Positions 17,227 to 24,951 of a stretch of 32,000 bases of DNA are shown here, piece by piece; the stretch's first letter is position 1; every line of letters begins with the position of its first letter. The notes under the pieces are model-generated. The model was not told where the DNA came from. It searched no databases and saw only the letters and a program-made list of their open reading frames with translations. The DNA is from Mycobacterium phage Sorpresa. The position numbers and the translations under genes are program-made. Where the stretch lies: the sequence record PQ184814.1; one strand, 5' to 3'.

Positions 17227-17993
17227 TACAGCCTCCAGGTCTCTCCGTCGACCGTGAACTTCCCCTGCGAGATCGGGACAGCCTCGGCTTTGACGTGCTT
17301 GCCGTCGACGGTGAGGATTCCGAATCCCTGCTGCCAGTTCCCCGTCGCCAACTGCAGGTACTTAGCCTGCTTCTGGTCCATCATGTGGCCGACCTCGAAC
17401 CCGGTAACCGTCTGCACCACGCGGCCTGCGTAGCCGAACGAGTGGTTCACGACCGCGAGTCGATGGGTGTGGCCCATGACGATCGACTTCTGGAACTTCT
17501 TCGCCCCGTTGAGCGCGGTCGACCCCGCGATCTGCGAGAGGCTGATCTTCCCCATGTGTCCGTGGGTCGAGATCCATCCCGGAGCGATGTCGTAGAAGTC
17601 GGGCAGCAGCTCGATCCCGAAGCTGTCGAAGTCCAGCATGTTCTGGAAGTGGAAGGCCTCTTCCATCTCGCCCAGAGCCGGTGCGTACCGGGCCAGGTAC
17701 TGCCGCGGCCTGAGGTCGTGGTTGCCCTCGTGCATCAGGAAAGGGCCGTCGTAGACGTCGCGGATTTCCTGCAGGAACTTCTTGCCGATCTCGTTGTGCT
17801 TCTGCAGCTGCGGCAGGAACTCCTCGGCCGAGCCCTTCGACCACCGAGCGGGGCTGGGGTAGTCCATGTAATCGCCGATTCCCAGCAGGACATCCGGCTG
17901 AGTGTCGGCGACGAACTGGATGAACCCTCGCAGGGCTTTGATGTCGGAGTAAGGCAGCTGCACATCGGGCAGCACGGCGATGCGCTTTGTCAT
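17226..17993 (-). CDS. Calcineurin-like phosphoesterase; homologue of Bxb1 gp47 recombination directionality factor (255 aa)
   Basis: PDVQLPY, GIGDYMDYP, MHEGNHD, THGHMG, VMGHTHR metallophosphoesterase motifs; length and genome context match recalled gp47. Confidence 0.9.
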   Translation of the reverse strand: MTKRIAVLPDVQLPYSDIKALRGFIQFVADTQPDVLLGIGDYMDYPSPARWSKGSAEEFLPQLQKHNEIGKKFLQEIRDVYDGPFLMHEGNHDLRPRQYLARYAPALGEMEEAFHFQNMLDFDSFGIELLPDFYDIAPGWISTHGHMGKISLSQIAGSTALNGAKKFQKSIVMGHTHRLAVVNHSFGYAGRVVQTVTGFEVGHMMDQKQAKYLQLATGNWQQGFGILTVDGKHVKAEAVPISQGKFTVDGETWRL

Positions 17994-18169
17994 TTGGTTC
18001 CCTTCTCTGCGAGGAGGGTTAGCTCCGCGCGTGCTGATCGGTAGACGTCGTCCAGCGCGTTGATCGCGTTGGTGACGGATGTGTAGGTGACGGTGTCGAG
18101 GTCGATGTACAGAGACATGCCGCTCTGAAGGGTTTCGACCTCGCGGTAGATCTCGTGGTAGTCGCTCAC
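17990..18169 (-). CDS. Hypothetical protein (59 aa)
   Basis: VSDYHEIYREVETLQSGMSLYIDLDTVTYTS... Confidence 0.65.
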   Translation of the reverse strand: MSDYHEIYREVETLQSGMSLYIDLDTVTYTSVTNAINALDDVYRSARAELTLLAEKGTK

Positions 18170-18732
18170 TCGACGACCTCGGTGAACGGAGCCCATTCGT
18201 TCACGAACTCTGCTCTAAACAGGCTTATCGCGAACCCCCGGCTGTGCCGGTTCCCGAACCTGTCGATTACGGCGACACCATCCGGCACGTGCCGGATGTC
18301 GTTCCACACCCTCGGCTCGTCCAGATCCACGAGAGCGTCCTCGTCTTCGCCGTCCGAGTACGTGATGTCGTTGAGCGCATCCACCCACGACAGCGAGTCC
18401 GAGTCCTCGTTACGAATCAAGTCGTCGGGCAGCGGAAAGTCGAACAGGGCGAGCTGACCGTCCTCCTCTACCGGCTCCTCGTAGATCCGCTCGGCGCAGC
18501 CGGCGTAACCCGCGATGTCGGTGTAAGAGTCCCGGTGGTACCCCGTACCCTTCACCCGGGCCACCTTGACCAGGATCATCAGGTTTGCGACGTCGAGGTC
18601 AGTGATCGGGCGCTCCAGGTACGCGGAGAACAACGCGGAGATGTCGGCGAAGTTCTCCCGGGGGTGTCCGTAGTTCTTGTTGCGAGGTCCGTGGATCAGG
18701 CGTTGCGCCTCTTCCAGGATGCTTTCTGTCAT
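18166..18732 (-). CDS. Conserved phage protein (188 aa)
   Basis: MTESILEEAQRLIHGPRNKNYGHPRENFADISALFSAYLERPITDLDVANLMILVKVARV. Confidence 0.8.
   Translation of the reverse strand: MTESILEEAQRLIHGPRNKNYGHPRENFADISALFSAYLERPITDLDVANLMILVKVARVKGTGYHRDSYTDIAGYAGCAERIYEEPVEEDGQLALFDFPLPDDLIRNEDSDSLSWVDALNDITYSDGEDEDALVDLDEPRVWNDIRHVPDGVAVIDRFGNRHSRGFAISLFRAEFVNEWAPFTEVVE
18409..18421 (+). promoter_or_regulatory. Stoperator located inside a coding region
   Basis: gttacgaatcaag; encodes DLIRN of the 188-aa ORF. Confidence 0.8.
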
Positions 18733-19388
18733 ATCCCTACCTTGTCTTTCAGTGCTTGTACTCCCTGGCTGAGCACCAGGTCGTTGACATCCGAGCCGTC
18801 GGGCATCGGGATGATCTTGGCGTTGGGCAGAACACCCGCCACCGTCTCGGCGAACTGCATTCCCGCATCGTCACCGTCCGCGAGGATCAACACCTCCCGG
18901 TACCCGAGGAACGGTTCGCGGAAGTGCTCTTTCCACGCCTGCGCACCGGGAACCCCGACCGTGGGGAACCCCGCGACAGACGCTGTCAACGCATCGATCT
19001 CGCCCTCCGCGATCCCGACGCGCTGAGCCGGTTGCAGCAGCGCCAGCGTGTTGTACAGCCGCCCGGTGTCGCCCGGGACGGTCAGGTACTTCGGTTTACC
19101 CTCGGCGGCGTCTAGGCGACGAAACCTCAGCGAGACCACCTGCCACCGCTCGTCCGGAGCCCATCGCAGGTAAGGGATAGCGAGCATCCCTTTGTACATC
19201 TCGTGACCCGGTAGAGGTTCCTCCACGTACCCGAGGCGAAACTGCGTCACCGCCTCTGCGATAGCCGGCGCGGTCAGCCCGCGGGTTGCCAGATACTCCT
19301 CGGCCGCGGACCCAGCCAGCGCTTTGTGATAACGCTGCGACGCCTGAAGGAGATAGCTCTTGTGCTCTTTCGACTGCTGTTTGATAGT
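18729..19388 (-). CDS. DNA primase, C-terminal (Toprim) part; reading frame open from 19388 although first GTG is 19250
   Basis: GIAEGEIDALTA...LILADGDDAGMQFAE; upstream extension TIKQQSKEHKSYLLQASQRYHKALAGSAAEEYLATRGLTAPAIAEAVTQFRLGY is primase-like. Confidence 0.85.
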   Translation of the reverse strand, partial: TIKQQSKEHKSYLLQASQRYHKALAGSAAEEYLATRGLTAPAIAEAVTQFRLGYVEEPLPGHEMYKGMLAIPYLRWAPDERWQVVSLRFRRLDAAEGKPKYLTVPGDTGRLYNTLALLQPAQRVGIAEGEIDALTASVAGFPTVGVPGAQAWKEHFREPFLGYREVLILADGDDAGMQFAETVAGVLPNAKIIPMPDGSDVNDLVLSQGVQALKDKVGI

Positions 19389-19611
19389 TCACCTCCTCGT
19401 AAGTCATCAGCAACGTGATCGCGTTGCCCCGCGCCGAACAAGCGAGGCAGTTGAAGGCGTTCAGCTGGTACGACACCGCGGCAGACGGCCGCGACTCCTC
19501 GTGGTGCCAGCAGAGGCAGGGGATCCACACCCGGCCCGTGTCCTCGGGCGGAACCCAGTCAGGGGCCAGCCGCTCGATGACCTTCGCGATCAGCGTTTGT
19601 GAAGGTTCCAC
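19096..19611 (-). CDS. DNA primase, N-terminal zinc-binding part (frame A; functional region roughly 19330-19611)
   Basis: CLCWHHEE(S)RPS...FNCLACSARGNAITLLMTYE zinc-finger type; tail of the ORF is non-primase (WVRGRGVSGNPRADRAGYRRGG). Confidence 0.8.
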   Translation of the reverse strand: MEPSQTLIAKVIERLAPDWVPPEDTGRVWIPCLCWHHEESRPSAAVSYQLNAFNCLACSARGNAITLLMTYEEVNYQTAVERAQELSPSGVAALSQSAGWVRGRGVSGNPRADRAGYRRGGDAVSPRVRGGTSTGSRDVQRDARYPLPAMGSGRAVAGGLAEVSSPRRRRG

Positions 19612-19754
19612 CGGAAGACCTCGTACACTTCGATGCCCTCGTGGTACGGGAACTGCTGCTTGAGAGCGTCGTCTAGGAACTCGTAGACGTCCTCGGTGTC
19701 GGTGGTCGGATCGACCTTGACGAACGCCTCGATCTTCATCCAGCCCTGGCTCAT
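19590..19754 (-). CDS. Hypothetical protein (54 aa)
   Basis: MSQGWMKIEAFVKVDPTTDTEDVYEFLDDAL...; TGATG overlap with upstream micro-ORF. Confidence 0.6.
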   Translation of the reverse strand: MSQGWMKIEAFVKVDPTTDTEDVYEFLDDALKQQFPYHEGIEVYEVFRWNLHKR

Positions 19755-19819
19755 CAGAGCACCGCCAGGGCTACGTAGAGAAGGATCAGAATCGCTAGAC
19801 AAGCGGCCGTCGTAATCAA
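19754..19819 (-). CDS. Micro-ORF, single-TM peptide (21 aa, TTG start)
   Basis: MITTAACLAILILLYVALAVL*; TTGA overlap upstream, TGATG overlap downstream. Confidence 0.45.
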   Translation of the reverse strand: MITTAACLAILILLYVALAVL

Positions 19820-19959
19820 CGGCCCCACCTCCGAGCTGTGCGGTCCACGGAGTGCTCTGAGACGTTCCGGGCCAGCGCGTACTTACGCGGGTCCAGCAGA
19901 GCCCCCAGCAGCTGCTGACGGATCAGGTTCGGGCGGGCGGTTGGTACGGGCTGGTTCAT
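19816..19959 (-). CDS. Small basic protein (47 aa)
   Basis: MNQPVPTARPNLIRQQLLGALLDPRKYALARNVSEHSVDRTARRWGR*; RBS GGAAGG. Confidence 0.6.
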   Translation of the reverse strand: MNQPVPTARPNLIRQQLLGALLDPRKYALARNVSEHSVDRTARRWGR

Positions 19960-19976
19960 GGTGTTCCTTCCTAGTG

Positions 19977-19989
19977 GTTACGTGTCAAG
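19977..19989 (+). promoter_or_regulatory. Stoperator overlapping 3' end of endo VII gene
   Basis: gttacgtgtcaag. Confidence 0.9.
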
Positions 19990-20466
19990 TTCGGCGCGTG
20001 CCGAAAGCTTCTCTCGCTCGATCGGAGCGATACGCTTCCCGATCACCGCGAACGCGGGCGGGCTCTTCAGATACTCGATAGCGCGCTCGAAGAACTCCGT
20101 GGAATCCCTTGCGCGGCCCAGCATTACGTTACAGGGCTTACAGAGGCAGCCCCGGATGTAACCCGTTGCATGGTCGTGATCGACGGCGAGTGCGCGCCTG
20201 GCTCCGGTGGCGATACGGCAGATAGCACACTTGCCTCCTTGATGAGCCTTGATCTTGTCGTACTCATCCAGGTCGATGTCGTAGGTATCGATCAGGCGCT
20301 GCTCCCGTGCGGTCTCCCGCGCGGCCTTCCGACGGGTTCGGTGGTGCGTCACGCACCGCTTCCCGGGGACTGGGTTGCCGGCGCGGGTGAGCGCAGGCTT
20401 GCGGATCGTGGTGATCCCCTCGGCGATGCAGTCCTTGCATGTAGGAACCCTCTTAGCCGCCGCCAT
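19978..20466 (-). CDS. Recombination endonuclease VII-like (HNH/His-Me) nuclease (162 aa)
   Basis: YDKIKAHQGGKCAICRIA...LAVDHDHATGYIRGCLCKPCNVMLG. Confidence 0.93.
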   Translation of the reverse strand: MAAAKRVPTCKDCIAEGITTIRKPALTRAGNPVPGKRCVTHHRTRRKAARETAREQRLIDTYDIDLDEYDKIKAHQGGKCAICRIATGARRALAVDHDHATGYIRGCLCKPCNVMLGRARDSTEFFERAIEYLKSPPAFAVIGKRIAPIEREKLSARAELDT

Positions 20467-20539
20467 CTAGCCACCCGACGAGGGTCAGACCCACACCCCA
20501 CGCGATAGTCGACCAGGCGATCAGCTCGGGGATGCTCAC
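20453..20539 (-). CDS. Micro-ORF, membrane peptide (28 aa)
   Basis: VSIPELIAWSTIAWGVGLTLVGWLDGGG*; GTGA overlap with upstream gene. Confidence 0.45.
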   Translation of the reverse strand: MSIPELIAWSTIAWGVGLTLVGWLDGGG

Positions 20540-20895
20540 GCTTCCCCCTCGGCCAGAACAGCAGCAACGGGCACCTGATGGGGCTCGATACTGCCGTCGT
20601 CACGGACGTAGCGGTTGGTCCCGCACGCAGGGCATTTGGCGACCTCGCCGTCGCGGCTTAGGGTGCCGGGCTTGAACGGTTTCCCCGATCCCGCGCAGTC
20701 CTGCATCGTCACAGCCTCGGTGGGTTCGGGTAGTTGGATTACCGCCACACCCGGAAGAGACGCGATGACATCAGCGAGCTTTCCGGGGAGCGCATCCCAG
20801 TCCGCCTGGTCGGCAGCATCCTCGGGGTCGGTCCACAGCCGCTTCAGGGCTTCGCTGAGGGCTTCTGTGAGTACAGCACGCAACTCAGGGTTCAC
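20536..20895 (-). CDS. Hypothetical protein with C-terminal zinc-ribbon-like motif (119 aa)
   Basis: VNPELRAVLTEALSEAL...; CAGSGKPFKP...KCPACG. Confidence 0.65.
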   Translation of the reverse strand: MNPELRAVLTEALSEALKRLWTDPEDAADQADWDALPGKLADVIASLPGVAVIQLPEPTEAVTMQDCAGSGKPFKPGTLSRDGEVAKCPACGTNRYVRDDGSIEPHQVPVAAVLAEGEA

Positions 20896-21149
20896 TTCTT
20901 CACTCCTTTGATCAGCTCCCGGATCTTGTCGGCCCGGAAGTCGTCCCACCACGCGCCGGTGCTGGCGACGTGAACCACCGGAGCGGTCTCGTATCCTTTC
21001 TGCTTCACCAGCTTCAGAGCCTCGGGGTCCTGGTCCACGCGGACCTCCCGGAACTCCACACCGCCGCGGGTCAATGCGTTCTTGGTGAGCGTGCATTTGA
21101 AGCAGTCCGGGCCTGTGGTGAACACCGTCACCCCGTCCCGAAACTCCAT
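20892..21149 (-). CDS. Glutaredoxin/NrdH-like protein (85 aa)
   Basis: VTVFTTGPDCFKCTLTKNALTRGGVEFREVRVDQDPEAL...APVV, CxxC redox motif. Confidence 0.85.
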   Translation of the reverse strand: MEFRDGVTVFTTGPDCFKCTLTKNALTRGGVEFREVRVDQDPEALKLVKQKGYETAPVVHVASTGAWWDDFRADKIRELIKGVKK

Positions 21150-21403
21150 CAGATTTCCTCCCTTGCCAGGTCCCGAGCCGCCACCCAGAGCACCCGCCCT
21201 CCAGGCGTCTTGAAGCTGGAGGCGTAGATGGAGTCGAGGAAGTCGTCAGATAACTGCGTCCCCTCGGCGATCAGGATCCGGCCGGCCCGGATCCCCTCGA
21301 ACGCCCGCTGATCGTCGGCCCCGAACAGCTGGGACCCCATCCCGAGGTTCAGGGCCAGGTCCGCGGCCTGTGCGCGCGTCTGCGCGATGATGGCTGTGTT
21401 CAT
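21149..21403 (-). CDS. Hypothetical protein (84 aa)
   Basis: Start trimmed to MNTAIIAQTRAQAADLALN behind stoperator-GGAAGGAACAAT. Confidence 0.65.
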   Translation of the reverse strand: MNTAIIAQTRAQAADLALNLGMGSQLFGADDQRAFEGIRAGRILIAEGTQLSDDFLDSIYASSFKTPGGRVLWVAARDLAREEI

Positions 21404-21415
21404 ATTGTTCCTTCC

Positions 21416-21428
21416 GTTACGAATCAAG
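21416..21428 (+). promoter_or_regulatory. Stoperator
   Basis: gttacgaatcaag. Confidence 0.9.
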
Positions 21429-21445
21429 TTATCGGGCATAACGAA

Positions 21446-21544
21446 TCACCTCTGCAGCAATTCGATGATGTGAGAGAGCCGCCCATTGATGATCATCAGC
21501 ATGATCATGGACACAACCATTGCCCATGTTCTTAGAAATTCCAT
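21446..21544 (-). CDS. Micro-ORF, Met-rich membrane peptide (32 aa)
   Basis: MEFLRTWAMVVSMIMLMIINGRLSHIIELLQR*; located immediately after helicase stop. Confidence 0.5.
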   Translation of the reverse strand: MEFLRTWAMVVSMIMLMIINGRLSHIIELLQR

Positions 21545-22393
21545 CTAGAAATCCTTAATCTCCATCTTCGAGCCGTCGAACTTCAGCTCGGCGTACAGCC
21601 GGCCCGATGGATCGGCTTTCGATGATCTGTTCTTCACCGCGGACACCCGCAGAGTGTCAGCCCCGAACTGTGACGACACCCTGTGCAACGTAAGTACTAG
21701 TTCGGGTACGCGACCGATCTGCCCCTTGATCCCCGACAGCGGGATCGGCTTGTCACCGGAGTTGTTGTCAGCGGTGACGTGGTGCAGACCGATGATGCAC
21801 GCGCCGGTCTCCCGGGCTTTCTCGTGCAGCCAGTCCATCAGGACCTCCAGACCACCGAACGGGTCCTCGTCGTTCGCGGCTACGCCGGTGATGACGTTCG
21901 TGATGTTGTCGATCACGATCAGCTGCGGGTAGTTCCCGAACGTCTCCTCGTACGCGGCCAGCGAGGTCTCGATGACCTTGAGCGTCGGCTGCGCCGAGTA
22001 GTTCAGCCGGATAGGGATACCGTGCGGGTTCCCCGGGGCTGCGTTCCACGTCAACACCTGCGGAGGCAACTGACCTTCGCGCACCGCCCGGGCAGACTCA
22101 GCCAGCGGCATCCCGAGCTCCATCGATAGGATGCGAGTCGACTGCGTGAACGCGTCCGAGTCAGCCGAGAGGTAGTACGTCGGGATACGTCCTTTGAGCG
22201 CTAGAGCAAGCGTGAACGCTGACTTAGCCCCTCCGGGTGCTGCCGCGATCAGCGCCAGCTGACCTCGCAGGAAGTTGATACCTTGCTTGGTCAGCGACCG
22301 GAACGGTACGGGCAGAGGGTCACCGGCAGATCCCTTAGCGTCAATCGACTGCAAGATCGAGAGAATCGGGCACCTCCTCCGTCGTGTCTTCAA
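21545..22393 (-). CDS. RecA/DnaB-like replicative ATPase/helicase (up to 282 aa; true start possibly TTG 22354)
   Basis: Walker A AAPGGAKSAF; LIVIDNITN Walker B; IIGLHHVT; GQIGRVPELVLTL. Confidence 0.85.
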   Translation of the reverse strand: MKTRRRRCPILSILQSIDAKGSAGDPLPVPFRSLTKQGINFLRGQLALIAAAPGGAKSAFTLALALKGRIPTYYLSADSDAFTQSTRILSMELGMPLAESARAVREGQLPPQVLTWNAAPGNPHGIPIRLNYSAQPTLKVIETSLAAYEETFGNYPQLIVIDNITNVITGVAANDEDPFGGLEVLMDWLHEKARETGACIIGLHHVTADNNSGDKPIPLSGIKGQIGRVPELVLTLHRVSSQFGADTLRVSAVKNRSSKADPSGRLYAELKFDGSKMEIKDF

Positions 22394-22487
22394 CAGCGAT
22401 AACCCGAGCGATCCCGGTGCTTATCCCGAACACCAGCGCGCCGGCTAGGGACAACCCTCCGAGCGCAGCCATAGCCAGCCTGTTCAC
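22341..22487 (-). CDS. Small membrane protein (48 aa, GTG start), overlapping helicase start; not in supplied ORF track
   Basis: VNRLAMAALGGLSLAGALVFGISTGIARVIAVEDTTEEVPDSLDLAVD*; GTGA overlap. Confidence 0.5.
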   Translation of the reverse strand: MNRLAMAALGGLSLAGALVFGISTGIARVIAVEDTTEEVPDSLDLAVD

Positions 22488-22777
22488 TTCGTCCCTCTCG
22501 CTATGAACCCGTTGTAGATCGTGCGGCCTTCCTGTTTGGCCTTGACTTCTTCAGCCCAGACTTTGTCGGTAGCTTTGATCAGCGCCGACTCGGTCGTACC
22601 GAGGAACTTCACCAGCGGAGGACCGAGAAGACCCCGTCGGGCAGCGCGCAGCACCCCGCCGAGTTCGTGAACCGCTCGCTTGTCTTCCAGCTCGACGTCC
22701 AAGAGGTTCCCCGGGCCTGGCCGTTTGGTCACGGTCGCCTTCAGCGCCGGGTCCGCAAGAGTCCATCGTTCGGTCAC
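22484..22777 (-). CDS. Hypothetical protein (97 aa)
   Basis: VTERWTLADPALKATVTKRPGPGNLLDVELED... Confidence 0.7.
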   Translation of the reverse strand: MTERWTLADPALKATVTKRPGPGNLLDVELEDKRAVHELGGVLRAARRGLLGPPLVKFLGTTESALIKATDKVWAEEVKAKQEGRTIYNGFIARGTK

Positions 22778-23094
22778 GGGCGGAACACCTCCGTGTCCCC
22801 CCATTCGCCACCGGGGAGGTGATCGTTCACGTAGAAACCCTTCGAGTACGCCTCGCCCGTGTAAACCCCTACCCAGCGATATGCGCCGACCTTGATGTAA
22901 ATCGAGGCGTCCTCCGGCTCGTAATCGCCCCTTCGAACTCGCACGGTCCCGATAGGTACCTCGGGTTCCGGCTTCTCGGTGATGTCGAACCTCTTCAGGA
23001 GGTTCGTCGTAGCATCCATGATGGCTAGATGACTAAGGCCTCCGGGTAGAGCTTTGGCGAGTACCTCGCGGATCAATTCCTCGTTACTAGTCAA
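22774..23094 (-). CDS. Hypothetical protein (106 aa)
   Basis: ORF with coupled overlaps. Confidence 0.7.
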   Translation of the reverse strand: MTSNEELIREVLAKALPGGLSHLAIMDATTNLLKRFDITEKPEPEVPIGTVRVRRGDYEPEDASIYIKVGAYRWVGVYTGEAYSKGFYVNDHLPGGEWGDTEVFRP

Positions 23095-23097
23095 GAC

Positions 23098-23280
23098 TCA
23101 TCCCTTCCTGTGATACCGAGCAGCTGATGCGACGCTGAACAACGGCGTCGGCTTACCCCACTTCGGCGAGTAGTCCCCGACCGCGGCGAGGCCCTGCTTG
23201 CGCCAGCGTCGGACTGTGTCTGTATCGACCCCGAACAGCTCGGTCAGCTGCTCCTCGGTCGCTAGTGATGGATTGCTCAT
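23098..23280 (-). CDS. Small HTH DNA-binding protein (60 aa)
   Basis: TEEQLTELFGVDTDTVRRWRKQGL helix-turn-helix. Confidence 0.75.
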   Translation of the reverse strand: MSNPSLATEEQLTELFGVDTDTVRRWRKQGLAAVGDYSPKWGKPTPLFSVASAARYHRKG

Positions 23281-23291
23281 CGTTACCTCTC

Positions 23292-23304
23292 GTTACGAAT
23301 CAAG
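23292..23304 (+). promoter_or_regulatory. Stoperator
   Basis: gttacgaatcaag. Confidence 0.9.
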
Positions 23305-23306
23305 TT

Positions 23307-24110
23307 TCAGGCCATAGAGTATTCACAGCTCAACGCCACGTCGCACCTCGCGCAGCTAGCGCCAGGCTTAGGCGTGAAGTCCCCTGCTTCCAGCTTCCGT
23401 TCCATCTCGTGGAACCGGGCCGAGATCTTCTCCCGCGTCCAGTCCGTCAGGTCGTACGGATACGTCGGCTTACCGGTCTTCGCCATGAAGTACACGCCGC
23501 GCGTGATCTCGACGCCGTACAGCTGTTTCAACGCCAGCGCGTACACCGCGAGCTGAAAGTCATCTCCGGGCTTGAGTCCGGTCTTCCAGTCGACCACCAG
23601 CACCTCACCGTCGAGCACGAGCACCGCGTCGATGTAGCCCCGGATCTCTATCCCATCGAGCTCGAACTCGATCGCGAGCTCTATCCCCGGCGTGCCGTCC
23701 GGTGTGTGCCATACCTCTAGGCTCGGGTGGTTGTCGATCCAGTCCAGGGTCTTGTCCACCTGCTGGAGCCCGATACCCCAGCGACGTTCGATGTCGTCAG
23801 CGCCGCGGTATGGTCCGGAGGAGAACCACCAGCCGAGGTTAGGGGTCTCCTCGGTAGCTTCGTTGATCCCGTCGGCGTACTCGGCCTTGAAGATCTCATA
23901 GCACTCTTCGCGCGTCAGCGGTGAGCCGGCGAGCTTCGATAGCATGTATTTCTCGGCCACCGCGTGGACCCCGGTACCCTGCTGAAGCCAGGCAGCCGGC
24001 CGACGCCACACGCGCTCATGCCTGGCCAATTTCCAGCTGAACGGGCACTTGTCGAACTGCGACAGCTGTGAGACCGACCGTGGTTTCTTCTCGTACTTGT
24101 ACTCGGTCAC
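23307..24110 (-). CDS. Cas4/RecB-family exonuclease (267 aa)
   Basis: SVSQLSQFDKCPFSWKL, GYIDAVLVLDGEVLVVDWKTG, C-terminal Cys cluster CARCDVALSC. Confidence 0.88.
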   Translation of the reverse strand: MTEYKYEKKPRSVSQLSQFDKCPFSWKLARHERVWRRPAAWLQQGTGVHAVAEKYMLSKLAGSPLTREECYEIFKAEYADGINEATEETPNLGWWFSSGPYRGADDIERRWGIGLQQVDKTLDWIDNHPSLEVWHTPDGTPGIELAIEFELDGIEIRGYIDAVLVLDGEVLVVDWKTGLKPGDDFQLAVYALALKQLYGVEITRGVYFMAKTGKPTYPYDLTDWTREKISARFHEMERKLEAGDFTPKPGASCARCDVALSCEYSMA

Positions 24111-24817
24111 GCGGCCATCGCCTCCTGTGTGTCTGATGTCTCGTGGAGCCGCTTCGACTCCAACCACATGTCCTTAAGGACAGCTTTCGAGATCGCCCGC
24201 AGAGCGCGAGCGTGCTGGTGACCGAGCGACAGCGGGGAGCCCGGTTGAGCAGGCTTACCAGCGGGTCCGCAGCGCTTGCACTCGGACGTATGAACCGCGT
24301 CGGAGTACTTCCTCCGCGCCTCGTCGTAGACGTCTCGGTAGACGCCTTTCGACTTCACGCACGACGTCGCGATCAGAAACGCCCGGACCTTGGCATCAGA
24401 GTTCCAGTTCGCCTGGACACCTTTACGTCGAACCTGGCGGGAGGCATCACCGTAGCCGCAGTACGACCACAGCTCGGACACCGTACGTGGACGGTCGTGA
24501 AGTGAGTTCCAGTACGGGTCACCGATCGAGGCCAGCAGGCGCGCGGCCTGCTTCTCACCGACTCCGGTAGCCTGCTTGACCCACGGCCCGAGAGGATGCT
24601 TGCGCATCCGCTTCTGAAGGTTCTTCACCGCGGCTGCTTCGGTCTCCTTGAGCTGCTCGACCATCACCGCGAGCGCGGCAACGTCCGGGTGTCGGACGTC
24701 CAAGCCGTACAGCTTCGGATCGGTGAGGGAGCGCAGACGGTTCTCGTTCGCGATGCGGACCGACTCTAGGTCGTCGACCGTCTCGGCGGCGAGCCCGAGG
24801 ATTGCGTATTCAGACAC
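24107..24817 (-). CDS. HhH-domain protein resembling C-terminal domain of IS110/IS116 transposases (236 aa)
   Basis: WVKQATGVGEKQAARLLASIGDPYW...RTVSELWSYCGYG; HPDVAALAVMVEQLKETEAAAVKNL coiled region upstream. Confidence 0.6.
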   Translation of the reverse strand: MSEYAILGLAAETVDDLESVRIANENRLRSLTDPKLYGLDVRHPDVAALAVMVEQLKETEAAAVKNLQKRMRKHPLGPWVKQATGVGEKQAARLLASIGDPYWNSLHDRPRTVSELWSYCGYGDASRQVRRKGVQANWNSDAKVRAFLIATSCVKSKGVYRDVYDEARRKYSDAVHTSECKRCGPAGKPAQPGSPLSLGHQHARALRAISKAVLKDMWLESKRLHETSDTQEAMAA

Positions 24818-24838
24818 GGTGATTCCTCCTTGAAGTAG

Positions 24839-24892
24839 TTACCTGCGCCCGATGCGAATTTGGGTTTCGCGCATACTTTGGGACGCAGGTAA
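24839..24892. repeat. Inverted repeat TTACCTGCG ... CGCAGGTAA
   Basis: 9-bp perfect arms 24839-24847 and 24884-24892; inner ATGCG/CGCAT arms. Confidence 0.8.
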
Positions 24893-24899
24893 AGTTGTC

Positions 24900-24951
24900 C
24901 CCGTCAGTGATTCGACTTTTGGGTTTTATCGCGCGTTCAATGGCTGACGGG
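24900..24951. repeat. Inverted repeat CCCGTCAG ... CTGACGGG
   Basis: 8-bp perfect arms. Confidence 0.75.

Noticed and set aside
16902-18044. 380-aa plus-strand ORF over sigma-like and phosphoesterase genes
   Set aside because: Shadow ORF; no convincing domain or start signal.
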